64,000 nt of DNA from Cyanobacteria bacterium J06626_4 (GCA_038523235.1 JBCBJQ010000022.1:1-64000), one strand, 5' to 3'. Positions 52,345-63,958 are shown, counted from the first letter of the stretch. A program made the numbers and translations. The notes: generated by a model not told the origin, from the sequence alone.

Positions 52345-52452
52345 AAAATCTGCGCAAATAAAAAGCCTTCCCCTCACGATACTGGGGAAGGCGATTGGGC
52401 TAACTATTTTCCAGCTGGTTTGATCAGCTGTAGTCGGTTTGAATCCGTGCCT

Positions 52453-53826
52453 TTAGCCCTGACGAACGCCAGGACTGAGTAACTGGCTAGAGCGCTGCCA
52501 GAGGTCTTCCCACCAGGGATTGGGATCAAAGTTAACTTCTCTGACATCCGGCAGGCGGCGGCGAATGTCGTTGATATCCCAACCGGTGAGTCGAGCCAAG
52601 GTCTGGGCCTCTTGTTCAAAACGGACGGGCAGCGATCGTCGATAGTCTGCCCCAGCCGGACAGGTGGCTTCGCCTAAAAAGGGTTGCTGCATCACATATC
52701 GCCCCTGAAAGAACTCCAGATTGTTCGTCTGTTGAAACATCAGGTCTTCGGGGAATTTGTCGCGGCTGTAGCGCACGTGCAAACGGGTAACGAATACGTT
52801 GGTGTCCCAAATAGAGCTATTCGGAGCGACCCAAAACACCCCGGCCTGGCGCAGTTCTTCCGGACTCAGCGGGTCTGCCGAACAGGGGTCGCAGCCCGCC
52901 ATACTCCAGGCATATTCCAAAAAGGCCACCTCTTTGTTTTCACGCTCATAGCTGCGATCAAACATCGCGCCATAAAACTCGCCAAACTCCGCTTCCACAA
53001 ACGAGGGAATGTTTTCGTTGGAGGGAATTTTGACGGTGCGATAGTTGGTCAACTCGACCTGACCATCGGGCGTAAGTAAGTAGGCCACCAAATCTTGCGC
53101 ACCCTGCGCGTTCATCATGCCGAGGCGAATCGGCAGCATAAAGCGCGGCGACTCGTAGGCGATTTGTAGTGGGCGCAGCTGCTGGAAGCCGGTGCGATCG
53201 AACTCCTCTAGATTCACTTTGGCGACAAAGAACTTCAGGCCTTGACGGACATAGGGCTGCAGCAGCTCACTCGCCCCGGTGGGAATTTGATAGCCGTTTT
53301 GAATCAGCCAGGTTTCTAGACCGTCTGATTCTTCGGCACTCAAAATCACGATGTCGTATTCGCCGACGGCAAACTGGGCTTCGATGGTGACGCCCAATGC
53401 ACCATCGGCAGTCGGGCTCTGGGGGGCCGCTCCCCGGGTGGGGCTAGGCAACGCTTCTGCCTCATCGAGCAGCATCATCGGTGCACAGGGGTCGGGGTCA
53501 AAATATTCCACTAGGCGCGGGGCGCTGAAGTCATCCAGCCGCTGCACGATCGCGGGATTGCCCACATTCACCTGCCCCTCTTGCAGCACCGTGGGCACCG
53601 GCACCACCATGGCAAAATCGGCGACTTCGCCCTGATAGTCATTCGCCATCGTCAACACGGTGCGATCGCCGTTGCGGGCAATGATCACCTGCGAGGCTTC
53701 GTTATACAAACTGGTATCGGCTTTAGCGACGTAGAAACCGCAGAAAGCCAGCGCGGTCGGCGTTAAAACCAGGAGCGCGGCGATCGCGCCCAACAGGCCA
53801 ATCCAAATCGAACGGTATTTCGTCAT
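52453..53826 (-). CDS. DUF2330 secreted protein
   Basis: Signal peptide, AFCGFYV, FAMVVPVP, APRLVEY and FVTRLHVRY motifs. Confidence 0.87.
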   Translation of the reverse strand: MTKYRSIWIGLLGAIAALLVLTPTALAFCGFYVAKADTSLYNEASQVIIARNGDRTVLTMANDYQGEVADFAMVVPVPTVLQEGQVNVGNPAIVQRLDDFSAPRLVEYFDPDPCAPMMLLDEAEALPSPTRGAAPQSPTADGALGVTIEAQFAVGEYDIVILSAEESDGLETWLIQNGYQIPTGASELLQPYVRQGLKFFVAKVNLEEFDRTGFQQLRPLQIAYESPRFMLPIRLGMMNAQGAQDLVAYLLTPDGQVELTNYRTVKIPSNENIPSFVEAEFGEFYGAMFDRSYERENKEVAFLEYAWSMAGCDPCSADPLSPEELRQAGVFWVAPNSSIWDTNVFVTRLHVRYSRDKFPEDLMFQQTNNLEFFQGRYVMQQPFLGEATCPAGADYRRSLPVRFEQEAQTLARLTGWDINDIRRRLPDVREVNFDPNPWWEDLWQRSSQLLSPGVRQG

Positions 53827-54037
53827 TGTGGAGTCTCTCTCTGGGAGTGTCATTCAAAAAATTGGAGCCGCAAGCTGGGGAACGATGCGTCTGATCGTTC
53901 CGGGAAAGCGAGGTAATGCCCGTGTGAAGCGGGTGGAGGCGATCGAGGCAGACAGCGCAATCGCCCGGCGACGGGTGAGAGCATGAGCACCTCAACCCCA
54001 AGGCACTATCGAATTGTGAAAATAGTTGAGATTGACG

Positions 54038-54961
54038 CTAGCTGACTACCGGCTTACGGGGTGCAAACACCTTCCAGTTAAAGCGTTCTGATTGCCACAA
54101 GTGATCGAGGAGAATGGTCAGCGGTGACAGCAAAAACAAGGCCCAAAAGACCGCCGTTGAGAGATAAAAATAGTTGCGCAAGATGAAGGTAAGCCCGGCT
54201 AAGCTCAGTGCCCAAATCAACCGTGCTGGTCGAGCATTGGGAATCGAGCGCGGATCGGTGACCATGAACAGGGCAAACAGCAGCAACGACCCGCTCGACA
54301 GGCGATGCAGCCACACATCCCAAGTCCACCCTAGGTAAAGGTTGCGACCGGCTTCTAACAGGGCATAGCTGCCTAAGAACGCGGCGGTGGTATCCCAGCG
54401 GCCCACGCGCTTCAGCACCATGCCGCCCGCACCGACAAAAATCAGGGCATACCAGACTTCTTCGCCCCACTGGCCCGGCGAGACCCAGGCGTCGTGAGTC
54501 AGGGTCAGGGCGGCGATAATGCCCAAGTTGGCGGGGTTGAAAAAGTGCTTGCCTTCCACTTTGCAGATAAACTTGCTGGCGATCGCCACAAACGCCGCCA
54601 ACGCCATCGTAGGCAGATGATCAACCCGCAACAGCAGGCTCAACCCCAAGGCGGAAATCAAGGGACTGCGCCAGTTGAGGGGCTGGCTCAGGGCCTGGTT
54701 AGTCCAAGCGTTGAGGCCTTCTGCGGCAGGTTGTGTCCGAGACGGTTGGGAAGCCACTGCGGGTAACGATGCCTCTGAAGTTGCCGGGGCAGTGGTACCC
54801 CAGCGACTATCCATAAGGGAAAAAATAAATTGGGTCAGTAGGCAAGTCGCGATCGCGACGCCAATCGCCGCTGGCTTCAGCGTCCAGTCGCGGGTGGCTA
54901 ACCCCAGCAACAAAAACAACGATAAAAATAAAATTTGATAATCACGGGCATCTCGCAACAT
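54038..54961 (-). CDS. Stand-alone RnfD/NqrB-like membrane protein
   Basis: SKF...KHFFNPAN and FMVTDP motifs; polytopic. Confidence 0.82.
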   Translation of the reverse strand: MLRDARDYQILFLSLFLLLGLATRDWTLKPAAIGVAIATCLLTQFIFSLMDSRWGTTAPATSEASLPAVASQPSRTQPAAEGLNAWTNQALSQPLNWRSPLISALGLSLLLRVDHLPTMALAAFVAIASKFICKVEGKHFFNPANLGIIAALTLTHDAWVSPGQWGEEVWYALIFVGAGGMVLKRVGRWDTTAAFLGSYALLEAGRNLYLGWTWDVWLHRLSSGSLLLFALFMVTDPRSIPNARPARLIWALSLAGLTFILRNYFYLSTAVFWALFLLSPLTILLDHLWQSERFNWKVFAPRKPVVS

Positions 54962-55081
54962 CGGCTAGCGCTCCAGTCAGTACACAACTTGGTTGCTAGT
55001 ATGACGAGGGTCTCAGGCCAGCAGTTGCCCGGTTACAGCTTTCGTAACAGCGGTATTCAGTATTTGTACCAGTCATTGCAT

Positions 55082-55516
55082 TCAGGCGATCGCCTGCATC
55101 GTCCACAGGGGCTGGTCGAGCCACGGTAAGGGGGGCTTGGCCAAAGGTTGGTTTACCAGCTCCTCAACGTGCCAATTTTGCGGGCTCCAGTTAGTCGTAA
55201 TCCACAATTCGTTCACGGCATCATAAATGCAGGCTTCCCCATCGCGATAGTTAAAGCTAAAGAACGATGCATCGGTCGAGTGCGAGCCCGAGAACAACAC
55301 CTTGGCATGGCTCAGTTCAAATTGGCCAAAGACATCGTCAAAGCCCATCATGAGACTCCCTTCGGGGCTGAGGCAAAGGGCGGTGAGCGATCGCAGATTA
55401 AAGGCAAAATCGGGTTGATTCGCGTAAACATCACCGACGATCGTGCCGACTAGCTTATGCCCAGACTCAAAGGTGTAGGCAAAGCGAAAATGTTTGGTTC
55501 TTAGACGCAATATCAT
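55082..55516 (-). CDS. Hypothetical protein
   Basis: 144-aa ORF co-oriented with the downstream genes; no recognised motif. Confidence 0.6.
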   Translation of the reverse strand: MILRLRTKHFRFAYTFESGHKLVGTIVGDVYANQPDFAFNLRSLTALCLSPEGSLMMGFDDVFGQFELSHAKVLFSGSHSTDASFFSFNYRDGEACIYDAVNELWITTNWSPQNWHVEELVNQPLAKPPLPWLDQPLWTMQAIA

Positions 55517-56472
55517 TGATGGAGGCTCGGTAAAGAACGCGCAGTTAGACATCTTGGTAGCGACCACAAGGAACCTCTTTGGGGGCAGGTTGCCCAATGG
55601 TTGCTGACCGATGCCCAGCTGAGACTTTCAGGTTTTGAACAATTGCGAACGTAACCGTTTGAGTAATTACGCGGTAACTCTGCACCCCTGCTTTCTAGAA
55701 CTATAGTTTTGAGTGGGTAAAACTCAGTATTTATTCCGATGCATTTCACAGAGGCTTGAAGAAAAGTCGTCTAAAACCTCAGGAAATGTGAAAGCTTTAC
55801 AAAGTTAGGCTGATAAAATCTCGAAAATTAGTCTGCGTACCTTCGCTTCAGTTCTTTGATCTCATTCTCTAAACCGCCGCAAACATCCGGAAAACGATGC
55901 TAACTGTCGTCAGCGCTTCTTTAAGCCCCGTTGTCTACCCGAATCAGAATCGGTCGGCGGTGGCTGCGTATTTATGCGTATTTATATGACTTAATCCCCA
56001 GATTCAGCACTCATACTCCTCATCCACCTCGAAGTGTTGGACGTAAACAGAACTAAATTTGTTGCATCGCAGCGGCGAGTCGGTTGGCCCAGGATGGAGT
56101 GAAACAGACACCGTATATCAATCCAGTCGGAGCACTCGGTTAAAAGCTGGTGCAAAAGTGTCCCCGGTCACCGGGGCTGCACACTGCCTCCCCTTGCCGC
56201 AGGCGTTTCTGTCTTGGGGATTTTAGGCAACCGCCCAGTCCCTAGCGCCCGGCCTCGGGTCACCCGTTCTGGGTCAACTTTAGAATCATCCCAATTCTCA
56301 AAGACCGGACTCCCCGTACCCGCTTGCAAACGCCAGGGAGCCAAGGGCGCTAGATTTGTCCGCTCGTTTCAGAGAATTCGACATCCCCTATCGGCCTGAC
56401 CTTTACAGCGTTTAACAGTTGGGTGGCCCTCGATCCGGCAAGATCAAGGCATCCGGCAAATTGAGGTCCGTC

Positions 56473-57477
56473 ATGTATCGAGTGGTTGTCAAAGGGTTTG
56501 GCGATGTTGACCAGCTCACCATTGTTGAAAGCCCTGATCCGACGCCCGGCCCCGATGAAGTGGTGGTTCAGTTGACCAGTATTGGCATGAACCATGCGGA
56601 GCTGATGGCGCGGCGCGGTGAATATCGCTTGGTTTCGGGCAATCCGCCGTTTACGCCAGGGTTAGAAGGCGGTGGCGTGATTGTGGCAGTGGGAGATGAC
56701 GTTAGCGATCGCGCGTTAGACCAGCGCGTGATTCTCGCTTTAGATGCCCCTGCCAGTCGCGGTCTGGGGCAAGGCACCTACCAATCGCACTATGTTGTCG
56801 CCGCTAGCAAAACTGTCCTCGTTCCCGACGGCATTGATGACACCCTACTAGGGGCCCTTTGGCTGCCCTTTCTGACCGCCTGGGGCTGTTTAGTGTGGAA
56901 ACAAAACATGCAAATTGGCGATCGCGTGTTGATTCCGGCTGCAAGCAGCAGTGTGGCGATCGCCGCCGCTCAAGTGGTGAAATATTACGGCGGTACCGCC
57001 ATTGGCACCACGACCCGTCCCGACAAGGTCGATCGCCTAGCAGCGCTGCCCGCTGCCTGTTTTGACCATGTGATCGTCACCCAAGACAACAACTGGTGGC
57101 GAGAAGCGAAGCAGCTAGCTCAGGGCAAAGGCTATGACATCATTTTTGATCCTGTCGCTGCCGGTGAATTTCTCAATCAGGAAATTCGACTGCTGGCCCC
57201 TCAAGGCACGCTGTGGATTTATGGCCTGCTGGGCCAGCCGGATACCGTCAATGTCTCCCCGCTGATTCGCAAAATGGCCTCAATGCGCGGCTGGCTGCTC
57301 AATGAAATCGCCACCAGCGGCTCTGAGCAGGCTGCCTATCGTCACGTGCTCGATCGCGTTGCTGATGGCACCTACGTATTGCCAGTGGCCGAAACCTTCG
57401 CCCTCAGAGACGTGCAAAAGGCCCATACCGTGATGGCGGCTGGCGATCATATTGGCAAACTGATTTTGCTCCCCTAG
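56473..57477 (+). CDS. MDR-family quinone oxidoreductase / zinc-binding dehydrogenase
   Basis: PFTPGLEGGG, PAASSSV and GKLILLP motifs. Confidence 0.9.
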   Translation: MYRVVVKGFGDVDQLTIVESPDPTPGPDEVVVQLTSIGMNHAELMARRGEYRLVSGNPPFTPGLEGGGVIVAVGDDVSDRALDQRVILALDAPASRGLGQGTYQSHYVVAASKTVLVPDGIDDTLLGALWLPFLTAWGCLVWKQNMQIGDRVLIPAASSSVAIAAAQVVKYYGGTAIGTTTRPDKVDRLAALPAACFDHVIVTQDNNWWREAKQLAQGKGYDIIFDPVAAGEFLNQEIRLLAPQGTLWIYGLLGQPDTVNVSPLIRKMASMRGWLLNEIATSGSEQAAYRHVLDRVADGTYVLPVAETFALRDVQKAHTVMAAGDHIGKLILLP

Positions 57478-57530
57478 TCACGGCTACGCGATCGGCAGCG
57501 GCGGCCAGTCGAGCTAGCTGCTGGTGCTGA

Positions 57531-58064
<534 letters not shown>

Positions 58065-58283
58065 TTGGCAGCGAGCATGGCATGACTCTTTGGGCTCATG
58101 TCACCGCACTCTGGCCTCTAGGGTAGAGACGCGATCGCGTTAACGCGGGTTGTCATCATTCTCTGAATCACTGCCATCAGCGCGCGATCACTACCTGAGC
58201 GTTAAGGCTGGGCAGATATCCACTTTCGCCTAGGTGAGTCAGCTTCCGATTAGACTGTTTGTCTGGCCTGATATCGCTGATTG

Positions 58284-59648
58284 ATGTCTCTACCCCTGTC
58301 TGATGATGCAATTACCCAACGTCTTGCCGTCTACGGGCGGTTTGGCGTTCACCTCGGATTAGCACGGATTCAGCGACTGTTGACAGCACTGGAACATCCC
58401 GAACGGCAGGTCCCCATCGTTCACGTCGCGGGCACCAACGGCAAAGGGTCGGTCTGTGCCTATCTCTCATCGGTGTTAACCCAGGCGGGCTATCGGGTCG
58501 GGCGCTATACGTCGCCACATTTGGTCAGCTGGTGTGAGCGCATTAGCCTCAACGGCGAGCCGATTGCGGTCGCCGACCTCGATCGCGTTTTAACCGAGGT
58601 CGAAGCGGCCATTACTCCCGAGCCTGAGATGCCGACTCAGTTTGAAGTGTTTACTGCTGCCGCCTGGCTCTACTTTGCCCAGCAGGCGGTTGATATCGCT
58701 GTTATTGAAGTGGGTCTGGGCGGACGATTAGATGCCACCAATGTCATTGACGCACCGCTGGTGACTGTCATTACGTCTCTCAGCCGAGAGCATTGGCAGC
58801 AATTAGGCCCGACCTTGGCTGACATCGCTGGGGAAAAAGCCGGCATTCTGAAGCCTCAGCGTCCGGCGGTGATCGGCCCGCTACCACCGGCGGCGGAGAC
58901 CGTTGTTTTAGCCCGCGCGGCGGCGGTGGACTGTCCGGTGCTTCGCCCCCAGCCTGCGCAAATCAATGAGCAGGGGCTAGCGACTTACCATTTGCTGGCA
59001 CCTCATCAAGGCAGCCTTCAATATCGCGTACCGTTTGCTGGGGCCCACCAACGTACCAACTCAACGATCGCGATCGCGGCCCTGCAAGCCTTACGCGATC
59101 AGGGTTGGCAGATTACCGATCAGACAATTCAGGCTGGGATTGAGCAGGCCCGCTGGCCGGGACGACTGCAATGGTTGACCTGGCCCACCCCAGGGGCACA
59201 ATCGCCGCCGTGGCTGATTGATGGGGCTCATAACCCTGCGGCAGCGACGGTTCTCAGAGCCTATGTTGACGAAATTTCGCAACCTCACCTTACCCCAGCG
59301 ATCGCTGCCACCCTGAAGCAACAGGGGCTCACACTGCCGCTGCCGCGTGAGGTGACCTGGGTGATGGGCATGCTCACCACAAAAGACCATGCCGATGTGT
59401 TTACCGCGCTGCTGCGACCGGGCGATCGCCTGCACTTGGTTCCCGTACCCGATCATTCCTCGATGACGCCAGCGGCCCTCCAGGAGATTGCCCTCCAAGT
59501 CTGTCCCGAGCTGGCCGACTGCACCCCCTATGACAACCTGGAGCAGGGGTTGACCGGGGCGATCTCTGACCCCACGATGCTCAAAATTCTGTGCGGCTCA
59601 CTCTATCTGGTCGGCCACTTTTTTCGGACTCAGTTACCGGAGCGATGA
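58284..59648 (+). CDS. folC: Folylpolyglutamate/dihydrofolate synthase
   Basis: HVAGTNGKGS, EVGLGGRLDATN, WPGR and DGAHN motifs. Confidence 0.96.
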   Translation: MSLPLSDDAITQRLAVYGRFGVHLGLARIQRLLTALEHPERQVPIVHVAGTNGKGSVCAYLSSVLTQAGYRVGRYTSPHLVSWCERISLNGEPIAVADLDRVLTEVEAAITPEPEMPTQFEVFTAAAWLYFAQQAVDIAVIEVGLGGRLDATNVIDAPLVTVITSLSREHWQQLGPTLADIAGEKAGILKPQRPAVIGPLPPAAETVVLARAAAVDCPVLRPQPAQINEQGLATYHLLAPHQGSLQYRVPFAGAHQRTNSTIAIAALQALRDQGWQITDQTIQAGIEQARWPGRLQWLTWPTPGAQSPPWLIDGAHNPAAATVLRAYVDEISQPHLTPAIAATLKQQGLTLPLPREVTWVMGMLTTKDHADVFTALLRPGDRLHLVPVPDHSSMTPAALQEIALQVCPELADCTPYDNLEQGLTGAISDPTMLKILCGSLYLVGHFFRTQLPER

Positions 59649-59789
59649 CCGACCGGCTCATTAGCTGGGCTCCCCGCTCGCTACTACGCCTCAACCCCTA
59701 TTGACCAGGCGATAAGCGTGACGGGCAAAATCTTCTTGGGAAAGGGCAACGCCCGCTGGCATGTCGAGCGGCTCACTTCGCCGGGCCGC

Positions 59790-61208
59790 TTATTCCGCCT
59801 GATGCAACGGCAGCTTGACCTTGAAATGAGTGCCCACTTCAGGCTGGCTTTCAACACTGATATGACCGCCGCACTGCAGCAATAGCTGCTGCACGATCGC
59901 GAGCCCTAAACCCGCGCCTTCCTCTTCAGTCGTATTTTGGCGACCACGATAAAAATGGTTAAACACGTGGGGCAGCTCATTTTGTGGAATGCCAATGCCT
60001 GTGTCTCTGATATTAATCAGTAATGTGTCGTCCTCATTCGCTTGCGCCGTGACCCAAACTTCGCCGCCGGGGTTCGTAAAGCGAATGCTGTTGCTCAGTA
60101 GGTGAATCACAATTTGCCGCACCCAATTCTCAGGACAATCGATCGCAGGCAGAGTATTCGGCACGGTGTAGGCCAGGCGGATGCCTTTTTCTTGAGCGAG
60201 GGGCTGATAGGTACTCACCACCCCCGGCAAAATGTCGAACAGCATAACCGGCGCTGAGGGCTCGGTCGTCAGCGTGCGCTCGATCTGCAACAGCTCTAAT
60301 ACCCCCTTGATCAAGTTCACCTGGCGATCGCACTCACGACTAATCATGTCTAAATAGCGCTGTCGCTGCGGGGGTTTAAGATTAGGCGACGACAGTAGAG
60401 GCAACGCGGTTTTGATCGTCGAGAGGGGCGTGCGCAGCTCTTGTCCCACCGTGTTGAGAAAGTCATCCTTGAACCGCAGCGTATTCAACAAGGATTCGTT
60501 TTGCGTCGAGAGGCTCGAAGCATTCATCGCCTGCTGACGATACATGCGTGCCTTTTGCTGCATCTGATCTTGGTAGCTGCCGCCCTGCAGCAAAATGGCA
60601 TCGACTAACGCCGCATGGCAATGCTCTGGCAAAACGGCGCGCGCCTCCCACTCGGTGACCAGTTGTTCTAGGGCGGGTTGCTCGGCATACTCATCCAGGC
60701 TGGCCTGCAAAACCAGCGCCAAGGTGTCAACTTTTTTCTGAATTAAAGGCCGCTGAAAGGTGATGTTGTAATTAACCTTGGGCAACGTACCGGGGCTTCC
60801 AGCAGAATCTTCTGATACGGGTTTGGCGTTCCGTTCTGGGGTGGTCACGCTCACATTCTCGCGCTGACCTTCCAGCAAAAAACTGACCGTCTCCGAGACG
60901 ACCCAAACGAAGTAGTGGCCCTGCATCGGGTAAGCAGTGGGAATTCTCACCGTCTGCCCCCAATCCAGGGTGGCCCCTGATTCCCGGCTGAAGAGATAGA
61001 TTTCTGGGGTGGGATGAACCGCCTGGCTATATTGCTGGAGATCGGCTGACCAGCTGCTACCGCGGGGCAGCTTGGCGAGCACGGTCGCCCGCAGCCGCAG
61101 CTGGGCTAAGGCTCCTAAAACTGTCTCCAACTGGCTCTTGAAACTTCTCGGGGAGACCTGAATCGGCTTGAGAATCAGGGTTGAGGGCTGCTCGGTCGGA
61201 TGAGCCAT
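59790..61208 (-). CDS. Histidine-kinase-like protein lacking the H-box His
   Basis: GQELRTPL, DTGIGI, FYRG and GAGLGL motifs; N-terminus possibly a degenerate sensory domain. Confidence 0.85.
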   Translation of the reverse strand: MAHPTEQPSTLILKPIQVSPRSFKSQLETVLGALAQLRLRATVLAKLPRGSSWSADLQQYSQAVHPTPEIYLFSRESGATLDWGQTVRIPTAYPMQGHYFVWVVSETVSFLLEGQRENVSVTTPERNAKPVSEDSAGSPGTLPKVNYNITFQRPLIQKKVDTLALVLQASLDEYAEQPALEQLVTEWEARAVLPEHCHAALVDAILLQGGSYQDQMQQKARMYRQQAMNASSLSTQNESLLNTLRFKDDFLNTVGQELRTPLSTIKTALPLLSSPNLKPPQRQRYLDMISRECDRQVNLIKGVLELLQIERTLTTEPSAPVMLFDILPGVVSTYQPLAQEKGIRLAYTVPNTLPAIDCPENWVRQIVIHLLSNSIRFTNPGGEVWVTAQANEDDTLLINIRDTGIGIPQNELPHVFNHFYRGRQNTTEEEGAGLGLAIVQQLLLQCGGHISVESQPEVGTHFKVKLPLHQAE

Positions 61209-61485
61209 AACAACAGAGGCCTGTGACGAATGTGGTCAAGTGAGCAATAAGACTCAAGGCGAGATACAAAGCAACCTGAGGAGAATGCGTAAAATTTTGT
61301 CACTTTCTCAGATTATCTCGCGTGTCACTCGTCCCGACACGCGGGTGTCGTAAACTTATGTAATAATAGTCCGACAAATGTGCCGACGGCCCCCAGCTTT
61401 TTGCGCCTGCTGGCCGATTTCTCGGTGCTCTAAGGCTGGCGTAAACCGTTTGGGGCGATTGTTAGTGCGCCGTTCTCAACTGCGA

Positions 61486-62541
61486 TCAAGCTTCTAAATA
61501 GCCCCGAGTGGCAAAGGCGATCGCGACTACCTCTGCCTGATGCTCGGCGATCGCGACCATGAGCCCCTCACCCCCGGCTTTTGTGCGAATGTAGCCCAAT
61601 CCCAAAATCTCAGAAGGTGTCTCGATACAGCTGGTGAGGACGCCCACTTTTTGTTCACCCAGCAGAATTGGCGTGCCGGGTGCTGCCAGCGCCGTCAGCC
61701 GTAATCCCCAAAGCTGCTGTTTCACCCCCTGATAGGTTTGGAGGCGGGCAATCGTTTCCTGACCGATGTAGCAGCCTTTGTCAAAGGAAATGGCCTGCCA
61801 GAGGGCCGCCTCGAGGGGATTGTAGTCTTCCGTCAGCTCAGCACCGGGCAGCGGACGCCCCTGCCGGACTCGCAGCTCTTGCCAAACCTGCTCGCCCAAG
61901 GGCGTGGCCCCCGCCGTCACCAGCGCCTGCCATAAGTCAGCGCCCGCCGCCGCCTCAGCCATGAGCGTAAAACCGGGTTGAGCTAAGCCGCTGCCAATGG
62001 CTAATCGAGCGCTCACGCCCCCAATCGTGACCGGCCCATGACTCGCTGGTAGCGCCTGCTCCAGATTGGTGATGCCCAACCCTGTCAAAAGCGGCAAACT
62101 CTCTGGTCCCAATAGCGTAAACGCCACCGTGGTATCGGTTTCATCCGCCAGGGTGACTTTATCCGCAAAGAAAATGTAGCGATCCATCCAGGCGCTCAAC
62201 GCCGAGGCCTGCCCCGGCGACACCAGCAGCAACACTGAGTCATCTTCGATGTAGGCTGTCACGAGGTCGAGGGTACGCCCGGTTGAGTTGACAAAAACCG
62301 TGTCACAGCCCTGCCCCGGCGCGATCGACTGCAATTGGTTAGTGGTCTGGTTGTGTAAAAATCGCAGGCGATCATCACCATTCACTCGCAACCGCCCCCA
62401 GTGGGAGCGATCGCATAATGCGACTCCAGATGCGGCCGCTGTGCGAGCCGCCGCATCATTGCCAAAACTGGTCGGGACCGCCAAGTCTGTGGCCCACACG
62501 GCCCCCTCAGCGGTTTGCGTTGTCTTTAACGAGTTACCCAT
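61486..62541 (-). CDS. ygfZ: Folate-binding protein YgfZ (GcvT family)
   Basis: KGCYIGQE signature. Confidence 0.93.
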   Translation of the reverse strand: MGNSLKTTQTAEGAVWATDLAVPTSFGNDAAARTAAASGVALCDRSHWGRLRVNGDDRLRFLHNQTTNQLQSIAPGQGCDTVFVNSTGRTLDLVTAYIEDDSVLLLVSPGQASALSAWMDRYIFFADKVTLADETDTTVAFTLLGPESLPLLTGLGITNLEQALPASHGPVTIGGVSARLAIGSGLAQPGFTLMAEAAAGADLWQALVTAGATPLGEQVWQELRVRQGRPLPGAELTEDYNPLEAALWQAISFDKGCYIGQETIARLQTYQGVKQQLWGLRLTALAAPGTPILLGEQKVGVLTSCIETPSEILGLGYIRTKAGGEGLMVAIAEHQAEVVAIAFATRGYLEA

Positions 62542-62953
62542 GATTGTGGAGACGTCTTTCTAAAAAGCGTTGAGCCAGGTTTATTAGACACTGTATCGGT
62601 TTTGGACGGGCATCCACTCAGATTGACCGACCATTCTGTGGGAAAGTCGATGCGGCGGTTGGTGTGGTGGGCTTTAATTGCCGACAATGTCCTGCCCTGA
62701 GATGTTCTGAGTCCACGCGATAGATCTCGCAAATCGGCCGTCTGAACTCTCGTGTATTGGAGATCTAGCAAGCCGTCGTTGGATGAGGTCACTCCAGATG
62801 GCTGAAATTGCTCTCTAATCAGCTTTTTAAGCCTGCAGGACTGCTCTTCCCGCAAGAGATTCCACGATATCGACAACCTCCCTGCTCTGGAGTCGCCATG
62901 CCATCAACGCCCTGCGGCTGACCGCTATACTGCCCCTGTGAATGGGGAACCAA

Positions 62954-63610
62954 ATGCCGCTGCCGACTGCGCTGATTTTTGACATGGACGGGCTGATGCT
63001 CGACAGCGAACCCCTGTATCAAGCGGCCTGGCAGGCGGCCGCTCGCGAGCTGGGTTATGACCTCGACGCCGAGCTGTATCTCAGTCTAGTGGGTCGTAGC
63101 AGTGTTGAAGCCGATCGCGCTTTTCAACAAATCTTCGGTGAGCAGTTTCCGGTTGAGGCGTTCAACGACCGCTGGGATGAGCTGTGGCAGCAGCTGATCA
63201 AAACTCAAGGTGTGCCGCTGCAGGCGGGACTGCTAACGCTTTTAGACTGGGTCGATCAGCAGGCCATCCTGAAGGCAATCGGCACTTCTAGCAACGCTGC
63301 TGAAGCGGAACTGTGTCTGTCGTTAGCGGGCATTCGCGATCGCTTCGAAACACTGGTCACAGTTGATCAGGTGACGGCAGGCAAGCCCGCCCCTGATATC
63401 TTTCTGGCCGCCGCCGCCCAGCTTCAGGTTGAGCCGGCTGACTGTTTAGTGCTCGAAGATTCCAACGCGGGAGTGCAGGCTGCTCAAGCTGCCGGTATGG
63501 CGGTGGTGATGGTGCCAGATTTGCAGACACCAACTGCAGTTTCAGTCGCGATCGCTCAGCATATTTTGCCGTCGTTAAAAGCTGTTTTGGCCTGGCTGCA
63601 AAGCTTCTAA
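62954..63610 (+). CDS. HAD-family phosphatase
   Basis: FDMDG, GKPAPD and LEDS motifs. Confidence 0.93.
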   Translation: MPLPTALIFDMDGLMLDSEPLYQAAWQAAARELGYDLDAELYLSLVGRSSVEADRAFQQIFGEQFPVEAFNDRWDELWQQLIKTQGVPLQAGLLTLLDWVDQQAILKAIGTSSNAAEAELCLSLAGIRDRFETLVTVDQVTAGKPAPDIFLAAAAQLQVEPADCLVLEDSNAGVQAAQAAGMAVVMVPDLQTPTAVSVAIAQHILPSLKAVLAWLQSF

Positions 63611-63781
63611 CCGGTCAAAAATTTTGTTCAACTGGTCAGTCGTGATCAATCCATACTTCCACAGGGCAATCGGTAGCAGGTTGGGTAAGGCCCCAGCTTG
63701 CCGCAGCCCCAAGGCGATCGCCGCTTTCGATACGGCCATCTCTTGCTCTAAGTATTGAATAAGGCTGGCTTGCCGACTCAT
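63575..63781 (-). CDS. DUF2949 small protein
   Basis: LIQYLEQEMAVS..AI.LGLR...LPIALWKYGLIT..QL.KIFD. Confidence 0.85.
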   Translation of the reverse strand: MSRQASLIQYLEQEMAVSKAAIALGLRQAGALPNLLPIALWKYGLITTDQLNKIFDRLEALQPGQNSF

Positions 63782-63958
63782 GGCGCAGTGAGCGAGGGTG
63801 AGGGTGCTTACCGATGTAGTGTAGCGGTGAAATCTCAGATCGGCTGATGTTGTGCGAAATTTCCTCAGGATAAAGTGATGGCGATGTGGACAAACGCCCC
63901 TGAGCGCTAGTCGTTTTCCACTGATGGAACGAACATGGCCCAGGCAGAGAACGGGTAA

